From the NCBI GenBank assembly GCA_951406725.2, contig OX597819.1:15190001-15254000 (forward strand): a DNA stretch of 64,000 nt, in the 5' to 3' direction. The DNA is from Octopus vulgaris. Lineage: Eukaryota. Under the pieces are notes generated by a model that saw only the letters and a list, made by a program, of their open reading frames with translations, searched no databases and was not told the origin of the DNA. How positions within the stretch are numbered: the first letter of the stretch is position 1; each line of letters begins with the position of its first letter. Shown here in pieces: positions 45,503-58,875 of the stretch. The position numbers were made by a program, and so were the translations under genes.

Positions 45503-46493
45503 CAAGACAGGGTCATGACATAAAGGGCATGACATATTCTTTTATTGTTGTAAATATGACTCACAGCTGCTTCCAAGAGTCATTGATCAGTTTAGTCAAT
45601 CACTCTATTGATCAATTGAGAGAAGTTGAATGACCTTAAAGAACTAATGCCATTTTTGTCATGAATACTCTAACTACGACGAAGATAGCATTAGATCTTT
45701 AAAGTCGTTCAACTTTTCCCGACTGATCGACGCCCCAATTAAGCAAACCAATCAATCAATGAACCAACAATGACTATCAGAAACAACTGTGAGGCATATT
45801 TACAACAATAAACGAATATGTAATGACTGTTACCTCTGCCTTGTCTTGTATATCACTCTGTACAAAAGGTCAGTCTAACTGGAAATATAACCATAGATTT
45901 ACAATATAGAATAGTGAGGTCAATGGCACCAGTGGCGATGGCACATAAAAAACACCCACTACACTCTTGGAGTGGTTGGCATTAGGAAGGGCATCCAGCC
46001 ATAGAAATCTTGCCAAGTCAGATTAGAACCTTGTGCAGCTCCCCAGCTTGCCAGCTCTCACTCAAACTATCCAACCCATGACAGATGGTGCTCTTAGCGC
46101 TCCACTGGCACAGTGCCAGTCATCGATTTTGATTTGATTTCGATATATATATATATAAATAAATGTACAAGTGGCTGAGCACTCCACAGACACGTGTACC
46201 CATAACGTAGTTCTCAGGGAGATTCAGCGTGACACAGAGTGCGACAAGGCTGGCCCTTTGAAATACAGGTGCTACTCATTTTTGCCAGATGAGTGGACTG
46301 GAGCAACGTGAAATAAAGTGTCTTGCTCAAGGACACAATGTGTTGCCAGGAATTGAACTCACAAACTTATGAATGTGAGCCAAATGCCCTAACCACTAAG
46401 GGCAACGTGTTGTGTTCTTGAGCAAAGCACTTCATTTCGCGTTGCTCTGCAATCATCTCAACCTCTGACATGTAGCACCCCATTGCACCTGTA

Positions 46494-46551
46494 CAGGTGT
46501 CTTGGGGAAATTTCGAACCTGGGTTCTCATTCCTAAGGTATTTTATTATGC

Positions 46552-46591
<40 letters not shown>

Positions 46592-46768
46592 ATCACTGTC
46601 TGGAATTGAACTCGGAATCTTGGGGTTGGTAGCCTGTGCTCTTAACCACTACACCATATACTCACGGGCATATGGCGTAGTGGTTATATCAACTGAAACA
46701 TGTTAACAACAAACAAGATGAGGACAAATATTCATCAAATGTAAATAATGCAAATAACGTAAATAATT
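46494..46768. mobile_element. Rearranged (partly inverted) copy of the tRNA-hammerhead SINE
   Basis: 46494-46660 is the minus-strand head through ...acacctg; 46664-46686 is a plus-strand head; 46685-46768 is the plus-strand 3' part. Confidence 0.75.
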
Positions 46769-46812
46769 GCTTAGAATTGTTTCAGTTCAAACTCAATACA
46801 AATTACAACCCA

Positions 46813-47206
46813 TCTTTATATATAAAAGTCAAGTTGTGTGCTGTCTGTCTCCTACGATTTAGATTCCTAACTACTCCCACATTTTGCAGTGCAGTTTAAC
46901 CAAAACCGGGTATCTTATAGTCGTGATTCATATCAAGCCCTTCTGGGTATTAGCACGCGTCTACGATGAGTCTACGATTTTTAAAAAAATTTACCATCAA
47001 TTTTTCCCATTTTTAATGCATTTTTGGCATATGTAAGGGAAGTAACTCTCTAAAAATTTATTATTAAATCTCAGAACGTAAAAAGCTACAGTAACCCCCC
47101 CTTTGTGGTTAGCCATATTGAGATGGCTATTATACTTTACATCTCTAAAAATGCTTATATAGTTATTTCCCTTACAAACCCGAGCAACGCCGGGCGATAC
47201 TGCTAG
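46813..47206 (+). mobile_element. Non-autonomous Helitron (same family)
   Basis: a|tctttatatataaaag ... cccgagcaacgccgggcgatactgctag|t. Confidence 0.9.
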
Positions 47207-47619
47207 TATATAATAAAATGCTTGCATTTTGAAGATACGGCAATGTCACTTGGCACACTAACTCATGAAGGTCGCTGCTAGCTCGCACTGCACGTGCAAT
47301 CATGTGATGCCATCTGTTGGTGCACTACTGGACTATTTGGGGAACTTTTTGATACCACCTCATACATCCCTTTCTAGTATCGGCACGAGGTCTTAAATTT
47401 GGGGAGAGAGAACCAGTGCATAACTAGTACTTAATTTATCGACCCCGAAAGGATGGAAGGCAAAGTCAACCCCAGCTGCATTTGAACTAAGAACACGAAG
47501 ACAGACGAAATAGCGCTACACATACCGCCTGGCGTGCTAACAATTCTGCCAGCTTGCCACCTTGATACCACCTCATATATGTGTGTGTGTGTGTGTGCAT
47601 ATATATATGTATATGTATG

Positions 47620-47655
<36 letters not shown>

Positions 47656-47811
47656 CGTGTGCATATATATATATATGTATGTATGTGTGTGTGTGCATTT
47701 ATATATACGTGTATATATATATGTGTGTGTGTGTGTATATATGTATGTGTATATATGTATGCAAATATATATATGTATATATGCATGTATATATATATGT
47801 ATATATATATG

Positions 47812-47846
<35 letters not shown>

Positions 47847-48000
47847 GTTGGCGTTAGGAAGGGCATCCAGCCGTAGAAACATTGCCAGATCTGACTGGGC
47901 CTGACGAAGCCTTCCAGCTTCACAGACCCCAGTTGACCCGTCCAACCCATGCTAGCATGGAAAGCGGACGCTAAACAATGATGATGATGATGATGATATA

Positions 48001-48122
<122 letters not shown>

Positions 48123-48256
48123 TGTAGAAACATTGCCAGATCAGACTGGGCCTGGTGCAGCCTTCTGGCTTCCCAGACCCCAGTTGAACTGTCCAACCCA
48201 TGCTAGCATGGAAAGCGGACGCTAAACGATATATATGCCTATATATATATATATGC

Positions 48257-48304
<48 letters not shown>

Positions 48305-50355
48305 CATCATCATCATCGGTTAACGTCCGCTTTCCATGCTAGCATGGGTTGGACGGTTTGACTGTGGGCTGGTGAACCAGATGACTGCACCAGGCTCCAG
48401 TTTTGATCTGGCAGAGTTTCTACAGCTTGATGCCATCCCTAATGCCAACCACTCTGAAAGTGTAGTGGGTGTCTTTACATACCACCTGCATGAGTGCCAG
48501 TCAGGCAGTACTGGCAACAGCCACGCTCAAATGGTGCTTTTTATGTGCCACCTATATACACACACACACACAAGGTTTTGGTCAGCTCATAGTTATAGTA
48601 GAAGATACTTTTCCAATGTGTCATGCAGTGGGAATGAACTCAGACCCATGTGGTTGTAAAGCAGCCTTTTTAACCACACAACCTGTACAAACTGATGTAT
48701 TTGTGTGCTGAGAAGAACACATCTTAAATCATACGCCATCATCTGAAAAAACAAGACACATTGGAAAATAAGGCACTACAACAGCTAAAACAAAATATTC
48801 ACAGCCAAATCGCTTTTAATCAAACACCTGCTCAATTAGAGTTGATTAGGGGGTGAGTGGCACGAAGGTACAAATTTGTTTGTAATTAGTTGACCACCAC
48901 TTATACCAGGTGTCTTGGGAGGCAAACAGTAAACAGATCCTGATGAGTTACTAACTAATAATAACTTATTTCTTTACTACCCACAAGGGCTAAACACAGA
49001 GGGGACAAACAAGGACAGACAAAGGGATTAAGTCGATTACATCGACCCCAGTGCGTAACTAGTACTTAATTTATCAACCTCGCTTTTACTGCTCTCTTGA
49101 GGGCGAACCACCATTTGTTGACGATGGCTCCCGTTAAAGCCCTTTTCACTAACGTGTTGATTCTGTCTCTGAAAACCTGTCTGGATGGGAAAGATGCGTT
49201 CAGTTTCCAGTAATGGCGGAATTTGAATTCAGAACATAACGGCAGGCAAAATACCTCAAAGCATTTCGCCCGGCGTGCTAACATTTCTGCCAGCTCGCCG
49301 CCTTGTAACTAACTAATAATAACATGTCACTTTGATTCTCATCCCAAGCTGTCAAAAAATCGTCCCTCATGGGACTGAATATATATATGGATATAAATCT
49401 GTATGTATTTTTTTACAACAATACACAGACACACAAACACATTTACAAGTTATACGACAATATAGTCTAGGTATCACACAATAAGCAAGACTAGTTACTA
49501 TCTAAAGCAAACACTAGTTACTTAGATGGCTAACATGGATTTCATAAGCTCTGCCTACACTGACCTAAATTAAGCTGATATACATTAACCTTCATACAAA
49601 GCAACTATTGATCATCTCCTCCTGTTGCACAATAATTGTCCTGACGTTTTATGCAATTTCGTAGTCACAGTCAGCAGTAACTCAATCTTCTAGCAGTAGC
49701 AACCAAATCTTCCTCAAATGTGCCCTACCTTCTTGAAAACAAAAGACCAGACAGGACAACAATGTAGTCATGGGTGTGTGAATACATAGAAACATGCATA
49801 TATATATATATATATATATAATCAACTTTCTTTGTTATAATATAATCTGATTTGTTATCAAAGGATTAAATTTGGCTGAAGGAATACCGGTTGGTTTCAT
49901 CATCATCGTTCAACGTCCGTTTTTCAAGCTGGCATGGGTTAGACTGGGGACTGGCTCCAATCCGATCCAGCAATGTTTCTACAGCTGGATGCCCTTTCTA
50001 ACGCCAACCACTCTGAGAGTGTAGTGGTTGCTTTTTGTAAGCAATGAAGGCGGCGAGCTGGCAGAAACGTTAGCACGCCGGGCGAAATGCGTAGCCGTAT
50101 TTCGTCTGTCGTGACGCTGTGAGTTCAAATTCCGCCGAGGTCGACTTTGCCTTTCATCCTTTCGGGGTCGATAAATTAAGTACCAGTTACGCACTGGGGT
50201 CGATGGAATCGACTTAATACCTATGTCTGTCCTTGTTTGTCCCATCTATGTTTAGCCCCTTGTGGGTAATAAAGAAATAGGTTGCTTTTTGTATGCCACC
50301 GGCACAGAAGCCAATCAGTCGGGGGGGGAAGGGCTGGCATTGACCAAACTTAGCG

Positions 50356-50411
50356 TTCCCATGCCAGGGATTGAACCCAGGCAGCCTGGGTGAAAGCCAG
50401 GAATCCTAACC
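50356..50411 (-). pseudogene. 5'-truncated tRNA-Glu(TTC)-like fragment
   Basis: ggttaggattcctggctttcacccaggctgcctgggttcaatccctggcatgggaa; 5' acceptor strand missing. Confidence 0.65.
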
Positions 50412-50752
50412 TATACAAAAATAAGACAGTCAGCCTACTAACATACCTTGTAACAACACATATCATACAATAAAGGGTGTGCCACAAAGAGAAGCTCACC
50501 CTTAATTGCAATTTGTTGATTTCCTGTTTTTGTTGATTTCTCTTTTACTCTTTTACTTGTTTCAGTCACTTGACTGTGGCCATGCTGGAGCACCGACTTT
50601 AGACAAGCAAATTGACCCCAGGACTTATTCTTTGTAAGCCTAGTACTTATTCTATTGGTCTCTTTTGCCGAACCATTAAATTGCGGGTACGTAAACACAC
50701 CAGCATTGGTTGTCAAGCGATGTTGGGGGGACAAACACAGACACACAAACAT

Positions 50753-50786
<34 letters not shown>

Positions 50787-51185
50787 TTTTTTTCTCTTAC
50801 TTGTTTCAGTCATTTGACTGTGGCCATGCTGGAGCACCACCTTTAGTTGAGCAAATCAACCCCAGGACTTATTCTTTGTAAGCCTAGTACTTATTCTATC
50901 CGTCTCTTTTGCCGAACCGCTAAGTTACGGGGACGTAAACACACCAGCATCGGTTGTCAAGCGATGTTGGGGGGGACAAACAGACACACAAACACACACA
51001 CATATATATACATATACATATATACGACGGGCTTCTTTCAGTTTCCGTCTACCAAATCCACTCACAAGGCTTTGGTCGGCCCGAGGCTATAGAAAAAGAC
51101 ACTTGCCCAAGGTGCCATGCAGTGGGACTGAGCCCATAACCATGTGGTTGGTAAGCAAGCTACTTACCACACAGCCACTGCTGCG

Positions 51186-51227
<42 letters not shown>

Positions 51228-52046
51228 ACGGGCTTCTTTCAGTTTCTGTCTACCAAATCCACTTACAAGGCTTTGGTTGGCCCAAAGCTATACTAGAAGA
51301 CACTTGCCCAAGGTGCCACACAGTGGGAGTGAACCAGGAACTATGTGGTTGATCAGCAAGCTACTTACCACACAGCCACTCCTACACCTACTCTGTCTAC
51401 TTTTTTTCCTTTTCTTTTTTTTTTTTTGATAAGATTGTCTGAGTTCAAATCCTATCTTTACTTGTTACAATTCCCTTCACATCAAATGTAACTTTGAGGA
51501 ATGTGTTACATCTTTTTTTTTTTATCACTTACTTGTTTTAGTCATTTGACTGCGGCCATGCTGGAGCACCGCCTTTTTAGTCGAGCAAATCGACCCCGGG
51601 ACTTATTCTTTGTAAGCCCAGTACTTATTCTATCGGTCTCTTTTGCCGAACCGCTAAGTGTGTAAAACTTATCGATATCACTGAACCGTAGCTCCCTAAT
51701 TCACCAAGTCCCTATGTGAGGGATCGTACTTAGTCGTAAACTAAAGGTCTACATGAAGAAAAGGGGGTTTTAGTAACTGACTTGCCTTTAGACAGCATGT
51801 GGTGGTTGCTATTGTTGTTGTTGTTGTTGAGTCCAAAGTCAGGTCTGATCAAGTAGAACCACGATCAGAGGTACTCCAGCCATGACTCTCCTGTCCTTTA
51901 TTTGCAACTACATCATCTAATATGTCCTTCCTTGATTAAAACAGGTGGGGGTGCGGTTTGTTGTTAGAAAGGGATTTGAGTACTATTTCTAGCAGACTGA
52001 AGGGTTACCAAGACACTTCCTCACTTTCTCACATTATGGTATGACA

Positions 52047-52444
52047 TCTTTATATATAAAAGAGAGGTTGTGTGCTGTCTCCTACGATTTAGATTCCTAA
52101 CTACTCCCACATTTTGCGATGCAGTTTAACCAAAACCGGGTATCTTATAGTCGTGATTCATATCGAGCCCTTCTGGGCATTAGTGCGCGTCTACGATGAG
52201 TCTACGATTTTAAAAAAAATTTACCATCATTTTTTTCCATTTTAATGCATTTTTTCCGCTATTATATAAGGGAAGTAACTCTCTAAAAATGTCTACGATG
52301 AGTCAACGATTTTTAAAAAAATTTACCATCATTTTTTTTCCATTTTTAATGCATTTTTTTGCTATATTTTGGCTATAACTCTCTAAAAATGCTTATATAG
52401 TTATTTCCCTTACAAACCCGAGCAACGCCGGGCGATACTGCTAG
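52047..52444 (+). mobile_element. Non-autonomous Helitron (same family, internal duplication variant)
   Basis: Same termini; gtctacgatgagtc..tttaatgcatttttt block occurs twice. Confidence 0.9.
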
Positions 52445-53965
52445 TCGTGAATAAATGTGTTTTGTTTTGATTTTTATATCAGGTCTGACAGTGTCCGTTC
52501 AAATTCCGATTCTGATGTTATGTGTCATGCTTATATTTCAGTCAGTGAAGGTACGTGGTTTAGTGGTTAGGTTACGTAACTCGCGATCGTAAGGTCCTAA
52601 GTTCGATTCACGGCAGCGCGTTGTGTCCTTCAGCAAGACACTTTATTTCATGTTGTCCTAGTCTACTCAGTTGGCAAAAATGAGTGGTACCTGTAATTAC
52701 AAAGGAGCTAGCCTTGTTACAATCTCTTCCACGCTGAATCTACCTGTGAACTACGTTAAGGGCACGCGTGTCTGTGGAGTACTCGACCACTTGCACGTCA
52801 ATTTCACGAGCAGGTTGTTTCGTTGATCAAATCAACTGGAATACTCGTCGTACCCGACTATATTTCAATTAATTTCCTTCCATGATCGACTATTAGTGTT
52901 CCCTGCAATATTTTGTCCCAGTGATAAAGTCCAAAGATAGTTTCCTCGTTTCCAAAGACACGGACATTTCAACATCCCTACAATGCAGTTTACTAATGTG
53001 TTAGTCTGTACATATGGCAGGTTCCATACACAACCAATATATTATTACACAAGAGGTTATCCTGACAAGATCTAAGTTGTAGCTGAGGTCGTGTTCCGAG
53101 GGTCCCAGAAGCGTGTGTGAGATATAATTGTTGAGATAATACGTAAGTGAAAACTTCGAGATACTGACGTCAATATAATTAAACTCTATTTACGTAAATA
53201 ATTATTAAATTGGCCGACAGAGAGAGAGAGAGAGAAAGAGGGAGCAGTCATCTCGAAGGTCGACTTTTGTCTTCTACGTCGATAAAATAAATACAAAAGG
53301 CGGTGGTTGATACGGGTAGAATCGGTAAAAGGACGGATTAAAAACATCTTGTTTACGTAATGAGTTCAAATCCCATCAAGTCTGACTAAGCTTTTCGCCC
53401 TCCGAGATTAATAATAATGAAAGCACCAGTCAAGAGCTAGGATCGATTTAGTAGATAACATCTACCAAAATCTGTTGCTTTCTACAACATCATAAATATT
53501 ATAATTATTATTATTATCTGTTTAGTAAAACATTGTTTACTACTAACCATTCCTATCACTGCTTCTGGCCATAATTAATGCTGAGAGAGTTGTTTCTTGA
53601 TATTTAATCACCTATATATCTTTATCATTATTCGTTTTCTAATTATTTATTATTATTACTATCTGATTATCTGATATTATTTATAATGTAAAAATGTTTA
53701 ACATTTCTCTTTGTTTATAACCTTTTGCTCTCTTACACTATGATAGCTTCCATCGATCACACTTCCGCTAGGTAAACATTATTATTATTATTATAACACT
53801 TATCAACATCCATACTTTACAATAACATTCTGGATGTTGGATCGTTCACACGTCTACAATTCAATTAAAGCCAACACATATAAGAAGGATGACCTGTAAG
53901 TGGACATCCATTACGCTAGAAATAGATCCGCTATGATCTTACCACTAAGAAAGGAATGTTCTCAA

Positions 53966-54021
<56 letters not shown>

Positions 54022-54024
54022 CTG

Positions 54025-54127
<103 letters not shown>

Positions 54128-54128
54128 G

Positions 54129-54177
<49 letters not shown>

Positions 54178-54417
54178 GATATTATTAAACAAATTAAATA
54201 GCCAAAAAGCTAAAACAAATGAATTAACCATATGTAGAATATTAAAAAAAAAACAGTATTTTCATTTTCGACAAATATATTTTTAAAGTTGCAATTAAAA
54301 ATCAATTATTTAATTCTTATTATTTTGTAAACTTAATACAAAAATAATGAAGCTGTCGGTAGATTGGATGACGAAATGAAATGAAATAAAGAGATATAAT
54401 ATAGCCATGTAACTTAC

Positions 54418-54860
54418 TGAAATATGGAATGGTTATTGTTGAAAGGTAGTTGGAGTATCCGAGAAAAATAAATAATTTCAAAATGTTTGATTTCTGTCTC
54501 CGACGAGGAATAATTTATCGCCAACTTTCAACTAAAATAACAAAGAGAGAGAGAGACCAGACAGACGGACGTTGTTTTTATGGGCTGCGGTTTTGCCGTT
54601 TTCTCTTCATTTAATAAATGTTTTTAAATATTTCCTTGGGGGATCTGGTGTTGTTGTTATTATTCCTTTATTTTTTTTCTTCCACCGCAGTCTCTCGTCG
54701 TCGTCGTTGTTGTTGTTATTGTTGTTATTGTCACATTTCATTCAATCAATGACTTTCCAAGACACAAACAACGAAACGGCGTTAGTCAAACAGTCTGAAC
54801 ACAGTTATCGCCCTTCGCCAGCTGACGACTGTGGTGCGGAGATGGGGATGACCAAGTACT
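54418..54860 (-). promoter_or_regulatory. Probable non-coding first exon and promoter of the ABCB gene
   Basis: Minus-strand donor gtaagtt at 54417-54411 next to a repeat-poor, relatively CpG-rich stretch; coding exon 1 starts with an acceptor, so an upstream exon is needed. The exact location is inferred. Confidence 0.45.
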
Positions 54861-56586
54861 TGGGTCTTTGCTCAATCTAACCAGAAACAAAACCAACAAC
54901 TAGAAGCAACGAAATCTAGACATGCTCAAGTGGTTCTGGTATTGATTACCGACAGGTGGGATGTGTGCAGCAGATCTAAACACTTGCACGACATTTAATG
55001 TCGAAATGTCTCTTAGTATTTCTGAATTCATTGCTCTTTACCAGTTAAAAATATTAATTTCTCTCATTAATTTATAGATGGAAAGGTCCAATGAGTCAAT
55101 TGAACACTGCTGTATGAATGATATTTATTGTTTTATCGACTCACAGCGATAAAGGAAAACTTGACTTCTTCAAAAACCAGAGAAAATTAAGCAAAAAATC
55201 AAAAACCATATAGCATGGCACATTATCGTTTCTAAACACAGAGGGGATAAACAAGGACAGGCAAAGGGATTAAGTTGATTACATCGACCGCAGTGCGTAA
55301 CTGGTACTTAATTTATCGACCCCGAAAGGATGAAAGGCAAAGTCGACCTCGGCGGAATTTGAACTCAGAACATAACAACAGACGAAATACCTATTTCTTT
55401 ACTATCCACAAGGGGCTAAACATAGATAGGACAAACAAGGACAGACAAACGGATTAAGTCGATTACATCGACCCCAGTGCATATCTGGTACTTTATTTAT
55501 CGACCCCAAAAGGATGAAAGGCAAAGTCAACCTCGGCGGAATTTGAACTCAGAACGTAATGGCAGATGAAATACCTATTTCTTTATTACCCACAAGGGGC
55601 TAAACATAGAAGGGACAAACAAGGACAGACATAGGTATTAAGTCGATTACATCGACCCCAGTGCGTAACTGGTACTTAATTTATCGACCCCGAAAGGATG
55701 AAAGGTAAAGTCGACCCCGGCGGAATTTGAAATCACAACGTAACGACAGATGAAATACCGTTAAGCATTTCGCCCGGCGTGCTAACGTTTCTGCCCTTCC
55801 TCCAACTTACAGCTCTGTTGAAATATTACTAACCAAACATTACTTCAATAACATCATCAGTTGCAGTATAAGGCGACGACCTGACAGAATCATTGAACAA
55901 AATGCTTGGCGGCATTTCGTCCGTCTTTACAAGGCAGTGAGCTGATAGAGGGTCATTAATATGCCAGACCAAATGCTTAGCAGAATCTCACCCATCCTTA
56001 ATGTTCTGAGTTCAAATTCCCCTGAGGTTGACTTTGCCTTTCATCTTTTCAGGGTCGATAAATTAAGTACCAGTTGTATACTGGGGTCAGTGTAATCAAC
56101 TTACCCATTCACCTGAAATTGCTGATCATGTGCCACAATTTGAAATCAGTGTGATCAGTTGCAGAGGGTTGTTGTTGTTTATGCTCTAATCAGTCTCGTT
56201 GAAGCAGATCTTTGATCAAAGACATTCCAGCCAGGACTATCCCATATTTTTGTATATCTAGATTATATAACTTAGTGGTTAGGGTGTTGAATTCATGATT
56301 GTAAGATTGTGGTTTCAATTCCTGGACTAGGCAATACATTGTGCTCTTAAGCAGAACACTTCATTTTCATGGAGCCACATGGCTTAGTGGTTAGGATGTT
56401 GGACTTGTCATTGTAAGATTGTGGTTTCAATTCCTTAACTAGGTGATGCATTGTGTTCTTGAACAAAACACTTCATTTCATGTTGCTGCAAGCCACTCAA
56501 CTAGCAAAAATGAGTCAGCCTGCAACAAACCACTGTGCCACTAAGGAAGGAATATTTATGCCTGATAAAGCAAGAAACCATCCCTA

Positions 56587-57497
56587 TGCTCCTTAAAGAG
56601 CAATATGGACTGACCAGGACTACAATGTCTCAAGTGTCCTTCCTTTTTTAAGCAGGTGCTCCTTAAAGAGCAATATGGACTGACCAGGACTACAATGTCT
56701 CAAGTGTCCTTCCTTTTTTTTAAGCAGGTGCTCCTTAAAGAGCAATGTGGACTGACCAGGACTACAATGTCTCAAGTGTCCTTCCTTTTTTAAGCAGGTG
56801 CTCCTTAAAGAGCAATATGGACTGACCAGGACTACAATGTCTCAAGTGTCCTTCCTTTTTAAGCAGGTGCTCCTTAAAGAGCAATGTGGACTGACCAGGA
56901 CTACAATGTCTCAAGTGTCCTTCCTTTTAAGCAGGTGCTCCTTAAAGAGCAATATGGACTGACCAGGACTACAATGTCTCAAGTGTCCTTCCTTTTTTTA
57001 AGCAGGTGCTCCTTAAAGAGCAATGTGGACTGACCAGGACTACAATGTCTCAAGTGTCCTTCCTTTTAAGCAGGTGCTCCTTAAAGAGCAATATGGACTG
57101 ACCAGGACTACAATGTCTCAAGTGTCCTTCCTTTTTTTAAGCAGGTGCTCCTTAAAGAGCAATGTGGACTGACCAGGACTACAATGTCTCAAGTGTCCTT
57201 CCTTTTTTAAGCAGGTGCTCCTTAAAGAGCAATATGGACTGACCAGGACTACAATGTCTCAAGTGTCCTTCCTTTTTTTAAGCAGGTGCTCCTTAAAGAG
57301 CAATGTGGACTGACCAGGACTACAATGTCTCAGGTGTCCTTCCTTTTTTAAGCAGGTGCTCCTTAAAGAGCAATATGGACTGACCAGGACTATAATGTCT
57401 CAAGTGTCCTTCCTTTTTTTAATCAGGTGCTCCTTAAAGAGCAATATGGACTGACCAGGACTACAATGTCTCAGGTGTCCTTCCTTTTTTAAGCAGG
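56587..57497 (+). repeat. ~70-bp tandem array, 13 copies
   Basis: Unit tgctccttaaagagcaat(a/g)tggactgaccaggactacaatgtctcaagtgtccttcc(t)naagcagg. Confidence 0.95.
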
Positions 57498-57756
57498 TAG
57501 CATGTAATTTTACAGAGATCTGACTCTTGATGAAACAACTGCATAGGGAATCTTAGCTGTAGTAGATGGAGGGGAATAAGGTGGTGGGCATGGCAACAGT
57601 TCAGTGAACGCATAAAATAGCATTTAGCTTAATCTTTCTGTCAGTTCTGGCCCCACAGATTGCTCTGAGTTTAATATTGTGTTTTATCTCTCACTTAACC
57701 ATGTTTCTTCTCTGTAGAGTTTGACAGTTACATTTATATATGCCTCTGCCCCCAGA

Positions 57757-58440
57757 TTGGCTCCTGTGCCAGTCGCATATAAAAAGCACCATCTGAATGC
57801 GGTCAATGCCAGGTCCGCCTGACTGGATCCCATGCCGGTGACACTTAAAAAGCACCATCCGAATGTGGTCAATGCCAAGTCCGCCTGACTGGCTCCCATG
57901 CCAGTGACACTTAAAAAGCACCATCCGAATGTGGTCAATGCCAAGTCCGCCTGACTGGCTCCCATGCCGGTGACACTTAAAAAGCACCATCCGAATGTGG
58001 TCAATGCCACGTCTGCCTGACTGGCTCCCATGCCGGTGACACTTAAAAAGCACCATCCGAATGTGGTCAATGCCAGGTCCGCCTGACTGGCTCCCATGCC
58101 GGTGACACATAAAAAACACCATCCAAACATGGTATATGCCAGTAAACCTAGACTGGATTCCATGCTGGTGGCATGTAAAAAGCACCAACCAAATGCGGTC
58201 AATGCCAGTACCCGCAGATTGGTTCCCATGCTGGTGGCACATAAAAAGCACCATCTGAACATGGTCAATGCCAGTTCTGCCTGACTGGCTCCCGTGCCGG
58301 TGGCATGTAAAGAGCACCAACCAAATGTGGTCAATGCCAGTACACACAGACTGGCTCCCATGATAGTGGCACATAAAAAGCACCATCTGAACATGGTCAA
58401 TGCCAGCTCCACCTGACTGGCTCCTGCGCCGGTGGCACAT
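57757..58440 (+). repeat. 63-bp tandem array (~11 copies) at the 5' side of an RTE-tail element ending (gat)n at ~58640
   Basis: Unit tggctcccatgccggtgacacttaaaaagcaccatccgaatgtggtcaatgccaagtccgcctgac. Confidence 0.9.
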
Positions 58441-58597
58441 AACAAGTACCCACTACACTCTCGGAATGGTTGGCATTAAGAAGGGCATCCAGCTGTAGAA
58501 ACATTGCCAGATCAGATTGGAGCCTGGTGCAGCCACTGGATATCCAGACCTCAATCAAACCGTCCAACCCAACCAGCATGGAAAACAAATGTTAAAC

Positions 58598-58638
<41 letters not shown>

Positions 58639-58699
58639 CTAATGTTATGGGTCCTTTTTCAGACAACTTTAATGACAAATGACAGAGACTTGGTTGAAC

Positions 58700-58875
58700 C
58701 TTAATATACTTCAATGGACAGGTTGAGCAGCACTCCCATGAATTTCATTGGATGCACGGAGGCTACAGCTTTGGCTCTAGAAATGATGAGGGAACAAGTC
58801 TGTTGGAGTTCTGTGATGCAAATAATTTGATGACTGGCAACACTAACTTCAGGAAACTAGCCAGCTATCCAATCA
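58700..58875 (+). mobile_element. RTE-like AP-endonuclease remnant
   Basis: FNGQV...HGGYSFGSRNDEGTSLLEFCDANNL..NTNFRK. Confidence 0.7.

Noticed and set aside
56587-57497. CRISPR-like regular array
   Set aside because: No unique spacers, no cas genes, eukaryotic context; plain minisatellite
57684-58445. 253-aa and 249-aa repetitive ORFs
   Set aside because: Several frames are open only because the 63-bp unit lacks stops; the unit belongs to a dispersed LINE-tail repeat
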